Shown here: piece after piece, positions 58,230-64,000 of the stretch
Layout of the letters: the number at the start of each line of letters is the position of its first letter
Position numbering within the stretch: position 1 is the stretch's first letter
Source: Octopus vulgaris
Taxonomy: Eukaryota
Assembly (NCBI GenBank): GCA_951406725.2
Contig: OX597821.1
Location: 56,854,001-56,918,000 of the forward strand
Direction of reading: 5' to 3'
Length of the DNA: 64,000 nt
The notes under the pieces: generated by a model
Seen by the model: the letters and a program-made list of their open reading frames with translations, nothing else
Told to the model about the DNA's origin: nothing
Databases searched by the model: none
Position numbers and translations under genes: made by a program

Positions 58230-58752
58230 GCGGGAGAGAGGAGTGTATGCCATCAAAGTCACACTGGGGAAAATATACGACGCCCAGTATACCCAACATG
58301 ATTATCCGTCTGATAAGGGTACACCAGACACGTGCATCACAACCATATGTGCGCGACATAGTGATCTCATATCAAGATAAATAGCGCATGACCTTGCAGG
58401 TGGGGCCCAGTTAGAATCTTCTGGTTGAATAAGGATTGTTTAAGGATGTTGAACGAATCACCCATGTTTCCAAAGGTGAATTATCCATACCTCTAAGAAT
58501 TCCTTTCAACACACGGCTATGATGCTTCCCCATTACTTTTGCTTGTGATCAGAGATGCACATATCGTCAGCCACTATGGGACATGGTCAACTAGTTAAGG
58601 TCAAACAACTGACAAGCAAATCTGTGGTATTGAGCAGATATTTGCTGTAGCCCATCTATTATACCAAGACAAAACAATGTACATGATAATACTTCCAATC
58701 AGTTAAGAATAGAAGTCATGAGAGCCACTGCCTGGTACTGCATCAGGGCATT
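58230..58752 (-). mobile_element. Non-coding ~520-bp (TAA)n-associated element
   Basis: Bounded by (ATT)n on both sides. Homologous to 58877-59430 and 22246-22631. Confidence 0.85.
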
Positions 58753-58789
58753 TATTATTATTATTAGTAGTAGTAGTAGTAGTAGTAGT

Positions 58790-58844
<55 letters not shown>

Positions 58845-58876
58845 TCATCATTATTATTATTATTGTTGTTGTTATT

Positions 58877-59430
58877 GAGTGAGAGAGCAATGCATGCCAT
58901 CAAAGTGACACCGGGGGTACAAATATACAATGTCCAATCATGACTACCAGTCCTATAAGGGTATACCAGGCACATGCATCACAATCACATGTAGGCGACA
59001 GGATGAACTCATAGCAAGATAAACAGCACATGGTCTTGCAGATGGGACCCAGTTAAATTTTCTTCAGGTCGAGTAAACCATCCCGCTCAAAAGGTCTCTT
59101 TTTAAGGGTTGTTTAAGGATGATAAACGAAACATCCATGTTTCTAGAGGTGAATTATTCAAACTCCAAAGAATTCCTTTCAACACAAGACTATGGTGCTT
59201 CCCCACTACTTCTGCTCGTAATCATAAATGCACATATCGCCAGCCACTAAGGGACATGCTCAACTGGTTATGGTCAAGTAATTGTGGTACTGATCAAATA
59301 ACTGTGGTACTGAGCAGAATGTTTGTTGTAGCTCATCTTTTAATACTAAGACAAAACGATGTACATGATAACACTTCCAACCAGTTAAAATCAGAAGCCA
59401 CGAGAGCTACTGCTTGGTACTGCATCAGGA
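58877..59430 (-). mobile_element. Non-coding (TAA)n-associated element, tandem neighbour
   Basis: Bounded by (ATT)n. Diverged from the adjacent copy at 58230-58752. Confidence 0.85.
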
Positions 59431-59433
59431 TAA

Positions 59434-59493
<60 letters not shown>

Positions 59494-59495
59494 CA

Positions 59496-59527
<32 letters not shown>

Positions 59528-59570
59528 GTTATTATTATTATTGTTGTTGTTTTTTTTTGTTGTTGTTATT

Positions 59571-59773
59571 CCTTCGTAACACAGTATAAGTAAAAATGCA
59601 CCGGAGTCTTTAGTCATCTGTCAAGTCACAGCAAGGAAATCAGACATAAGATGTGCGCTGTGCCCAATAAAGTTGCTTTTTGCAAGACATCAATCTTTCA
59701 TGGGATTTCCAGTTGCCTTAAGAAATTTTGAAATTTAAATGGGATTGAGCCCAATGCACTGACCACCACTGGT
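59571..59773 (-). mobile_element. R4/Dong-like extreme 3' end
   Basis: PVVVSALGSIPFKFQNFLRQLEIP*KIDVLQKATLLGTAHIL, a short UTR, then (TAA)n. Confidence 0.8.
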
Positions 59774-59798
59774 ATTATTATTATTATTATTATTATTA

Positions 59799-59851
<53 letters not shown>

Positions 59852-59854
<3 letters not shown>

Positions 59855-60282
59855 TAGTCTTATTTTTTTCACGTGCTTTCACTGCACTACCGAGCGCAGT
59901 TTTGTGTGCCTCATGTGATGTGGTTTGTCATGGTGCTCTTATTTTCACTGTATTGAAAGTGATTTACGTAGAATGTGTGAGGTGCATACTAGTGCTATTT
60001 GCTCTATGTTATACTTGTAAGTCCTGGTGTTTTGTTATGTAATTGTCTGAATGTTTTTTTATCATACCTAATGCGCCTACTATGATAGGAATTGCTTCTG
60101 TTCGAGTTGCCTCTATTTCCGGATCTTTGTATTTTGAAAGTTGTTCCTTTGTTTTTAGAGGCACATTGTCATCTGTTGATATTGTTACATTGATTAGAAA
60201 GCCTTTTTTTCTTGGTGTTCTCTGAAAATTATATCCGGCCTATTGGCTTTAATTTCTCTATCTGTGTATATTGGCATATCCC

Positions 60283-60283
<1 letters not shown>
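59852..60283 (-). mobile_element. R4/Dong-like restriction-like endonuclease fragment plus 3' UTR
   Basis: WDMPIYTDREIKANRPDIIF, LSKYKDPEIE, IPIIVGALGMIKK, HILRKSL. Ends in (TAA)n. Confidence 0.85.
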
Positions 60284-60332
<49 letters not shown>

Positions 60333-60951
60333 TAACACATTTAACTTATGTGTTTTTATATTTTGACACATTTAACCAATATGTAGAAATTTTAAAACAT
60401 TTTTACTAATACGTAGATATACTTCAACACGTAGAGAGTCATTAGTGAACATTATATGCTTTCATTTCCACAATTGCTATGAACTACATTTGTAATTAGA
60501 GATCTAGCATGCCGGATGTAGGAAAGAATTGATTGCTTACGTCTAATGGCGACATAAACAATATGCTTGCATTTGAAGTGATTCGATGGCGTTGTTGATA
60601 GCAACGACAAATCAGGAAATTTCTTTTTAGAAATATTATTTCATTGTTCGGACGCACTCGATAGAATCCCTTTTATGGCATTAATACATAAACACATCAT
60701 ATACACAGACATACACGGACACACACACCACACACACACGCACTCACATATATACACACGCGCGTGCGCACAAGCATGCATTCGTACACAGACGCACTAT
60801 AGTGTTATATTAAAGATGTAGTGTTCGAGATGTCTTTAGTTAAGATTTTTCATATGTCTTCATCAAATTTTTAATGTATAACATTCCGAATCCCATTTAA
60901 TTGCAGCATCTTCTCTACCTCATCTTCTATATGAATTGGTTATAGTGACGT

Positions 60952-61326
60952 ACTCATTTACTTGTTTCAGTCATTTGACTGTGGCCTTGCTGGAGCACCG
61001 CCTTTAGTCGAGGAATCAACCCCAGGACTTATTCTTTGTAAGCCTAGTACTTATTCTATCGGCCTATTTTGCCGAACCGCTAAGTTACGGGGACGTAAAC
61101 ACACCAGCATCGGTTGTCAAGCGATGGTGGGGAACAAACACAACATATATATATACATATATACGACGGGCTTCTTTCAGTTTCCGTCTACCAAATCCAC
61201 TCACAAGGCTTTGGTCGGCCCGAGGCTGTAGTAGAAGACACTTGCCCAAGGTGCCACACAGTGGGACTGAACTTGGAACTATGTGGTTCGTAAGCAAGCT
61301 ACTTGCCACACAGCCACTCCTACGCC
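60952..61326 (-). mobile_element. SINE family 2, full length, more diverged
   Basis: Colinear with 7911-8330. Confidence 0.9.
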
Positions 61327-61737
61327 TATGTTGATACTATGTTTTGAAGTAGACAGTAAAATTGATGTGAATGATGCTGGAACAAAAAAAATCGTCATCG
61401 CCAATTTTAAAATTGTTTAATGGTTAACCCATTAATTTTTACATATTTCTCTTCAAATTCCGCTGAAACTCTTCGGTAGAATGCGGATCAGAAATGAATA
61501 CTCGAGTATGGTAAAGGTGAGAGAACCGCGAAGGTAATCAGGAATTAACTGTTCTTCAGAGGAATAGTTCAGCGTGAATATTTTCAAGTTGCCAGATTAG
61601 GCCAAAGGAACTTGAAACTCTAATGGACTTGAGAAAGCTGTTCTTTTCTTTGTGTATGTAAAAAGACATGTTTTTCTCATTTTTAGCCTTGTGTTTTCAT
61701 TACACTCTTGTTTGTTTTTTCTCCGTATATACATATA

Positions 61738-61895
61738 TATCTCTTTCACTCTCTCTCTCTCTCTCTCAGTCCCTCTCTCTATTTCTTCCACTCTCTCTCT
61801 CTTTCTCCCTCTCTCGCTTCCTCTTTCCTATTCTCTCTTCTTCTCTTTCTTCACCATTTCTCTCTTGTCTATCTCTCTCTCTCTCTCTCTCCCTC
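61738..61895. repeat. CT-rich polypyrimidine tract
   Basis: Direct inspection. Confidence 0.9.
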
Positions 61896-63587
61896 TGTGG
61901 ATCTATGTACATGTGTTTTTCTTTATAAGCATTCATTTTAATTTTTGTGTGTATTTGCGCGCGCGCTTATGATGTGTGCGTGTCTGTCTGTCTATCTTTA
62001 GCACCAAACTGTCCATCACTAAAAACGTCATGATCAATACCTAAATGGCTGCGTTCAATCGTTCCAATCCATCGGTCGATTACTGAAGTTTAATTAAAAC
62101 TAGGTATATGAACTTTTTCCACATTTTCAATTATATTCAAAACAAGGAATGCAAACTCATATAAAACTGTTTTGCTTTAATTTTCTTCTGAAGATCGCTT
62201 TGATCGCCGCTTGTAACGAGAACCGATATAACACAGTTTTCGGGAAGTAAGATGTAATTTTATTTGTTTAACTGAATCCGAAAACTAAGTTCTCGTTTCT
62301 GGTGTTCACAGTTTTCATTAGAATTTAGTAATTGATATAAATTTATCAATACGCCAACTAAGTGCTGAAAAAAAGTTTCCATAATACAAATATCTGTAAA
62401 ATTCTTTGCCAATCTTCTTACATAAATAAATATCTAAAATCAAAAGTATTGTATTTCAGCATTATTTGTATCAACACTCAATATTTGCAAGTTTAATTTA
62501 ACTATCTTTTGATTTAGCTTCGATTGCTTGAGTTCACTCTAAGTTCGTTCACGCCCAGTTTGTGTTAGAAGATTTATTCGGTTGCTTTTCCTTCGTCCGA
62601 ATGTATAAAGTTCTTGAAACCAACATAATGGAAATACAAATTCTTTTTAACAGCTCTCTGCTTTAGTTTTCTCATAATGGCGGCCGTAAAATCAGTACAC
62701 AAGTAGTAAGAGCTATAATCATTCTGTCGGGAAGCCAAACCAAAGGGTGCTCACGCATAATGGGAAAATGTGCATCACCATTTCTTGTGACTAGAGTAAT
62801 CGATATGAATTTATTAATTCTCCAGATAATTGTACAATATTTTCCGTATTATAAATAGCTGGAAAGGTCTCTGATAAACTTGTATCATAAAAGAATATCT
62901 TTATTATGCAAAGCAAGAAATAAACTGGTACGTACATACTAATTACCAGCAAAGACACAGTATTGCGTTTTGCAACCATAATTTACAACAATTTATATCA
63001 AAGTTTTACAAGTCAATATTGTGTCTTAGTAGTGTCGATATAGTATCTATTGTAAGACAATATTGAATTGTAAACATTTAATATACTTTGTAGGGGTAAT
63101 GGATACTTATACTCTCTATATTTTTAATTGAATTTAAATTATTGTTATTCGAATTGGTTACGGGCATGAAACGATCGTAGTGTTTTTACTCTTTATCTTA
63201 TATTAAACTTTTAATACTTTTTGATAGTTATATAAAAAAAATTAATTAATTAATTAATAAAAATAAAATAATAATAATAAAATATATATATATATTTATA
63301 TATATATATATATTTAAAATTTATAAGTTTAAATTATTAATTTAAATAATTTTTAAAATTTTAACTTTAATTTAAATATTTTAATTTGGAATTTTATATT
63401 TTATATTTTATATTTTTTATATATTTTTTTAATTAATTTTATTTCTATGTATTGGCTTATGATTTTCACTGTTTGATTTGCCTAATATTGGTTTTATTTC
63501 TAATTTAATATAATATATATTTATACTATAACATTAGATTTAATCCTAAATCTAATTTTTCTCTGTAAGTTTGGATTTACTCCCTAA

Positions 63588-63630
<43 letters not shown>

Positions 63631-63649
63631 TCGACTCGCTTGTGATGGT

Positions 63650-63758
63650 CTCCGTCTACCAAATCCATTAATAAGACTTTGATTAACCAAGGGCTACACA
63701 GTGGAAATGAACCCTGTGCTATGTGGCTGGGAAGCAAACTTCTTACCACACAGCCATA
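63650..63758 (-). mobile_element. SINE family 2 remnant (deleted)
   Basis: TCCGTCTACCAAATCC..CAGTGGAAATGAACCC..CTTACCACACAGCCA. Confidence 0.7.
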
Positions 63759-63815
63759 CCAGTACACACACGCGCACACTCGCATACACATTCACACTCT
63801 ATGTTTGTATTTATG

Positions 63816-63917
<102 letters not shown>

Positions 63918-63929
63918 GACAGACAGAGA

Positions 63930-64000
63930 AGGTGCATAGCCCAGTGATTGGAGCATCTGGCTCACAATCATGAGATAGTGAGTTCAATTCCCAGACCGGG
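63930..64000 (+). mobile_element. SINE (family 3-like) tRNA head, runs off the window
   Basis: TAGCCCAGTGA A-box-like and GAGTTCAATTCCCAGAC B-box-like. Confidence 0.6.

Noticed and set aside
58725-58750. CCTGGTACTGCA similarity to the U2 snRNA 3' region
   Set aside because: Only ~12 nt, with no other U2 features.
61480-62760. Possible promoter or first exon (CpG-richer, ATGGCGGCC, GT donors)
   Set aside because: No ORF or transcript evidence, and the motifs are too short.

Overview
Repeat-saturated, AT-rich, apparently gene-free animal genomic DNA (intronic or intergenic). The SINE families and microsatellite load suggest an octopus/coleoid cephalopod; this is an inference. No intact host CDS is supported, and most listed ORFs are microsatellite artefacts. 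The window holds a dead mariner with TIRs, fragments of CR1-group, Tx1-like and R4/Dong-like non-LTR retrotransposons, several Penelope-like element (PLE) fragments, many tRNA-derived SINEs and 2-3 non-autonomous Helitron-like elements. The main hidden signal is about a dozen type I hammerhead-ribozyme (HHR) motifs or remnants of many different sequence types. They lie in short non-coding modules next to (TA)n tracts, often arranged as fold-back inverted repeats. One is a perfect palindrome with 153-bp arms whose axis sits in an apparent HHR stem II. There is also a same-strand pile-up of R4/Dong-like pieces and a non-coding ~520-bp element in (TAA)n tracts at 56.7-60.3 kb.
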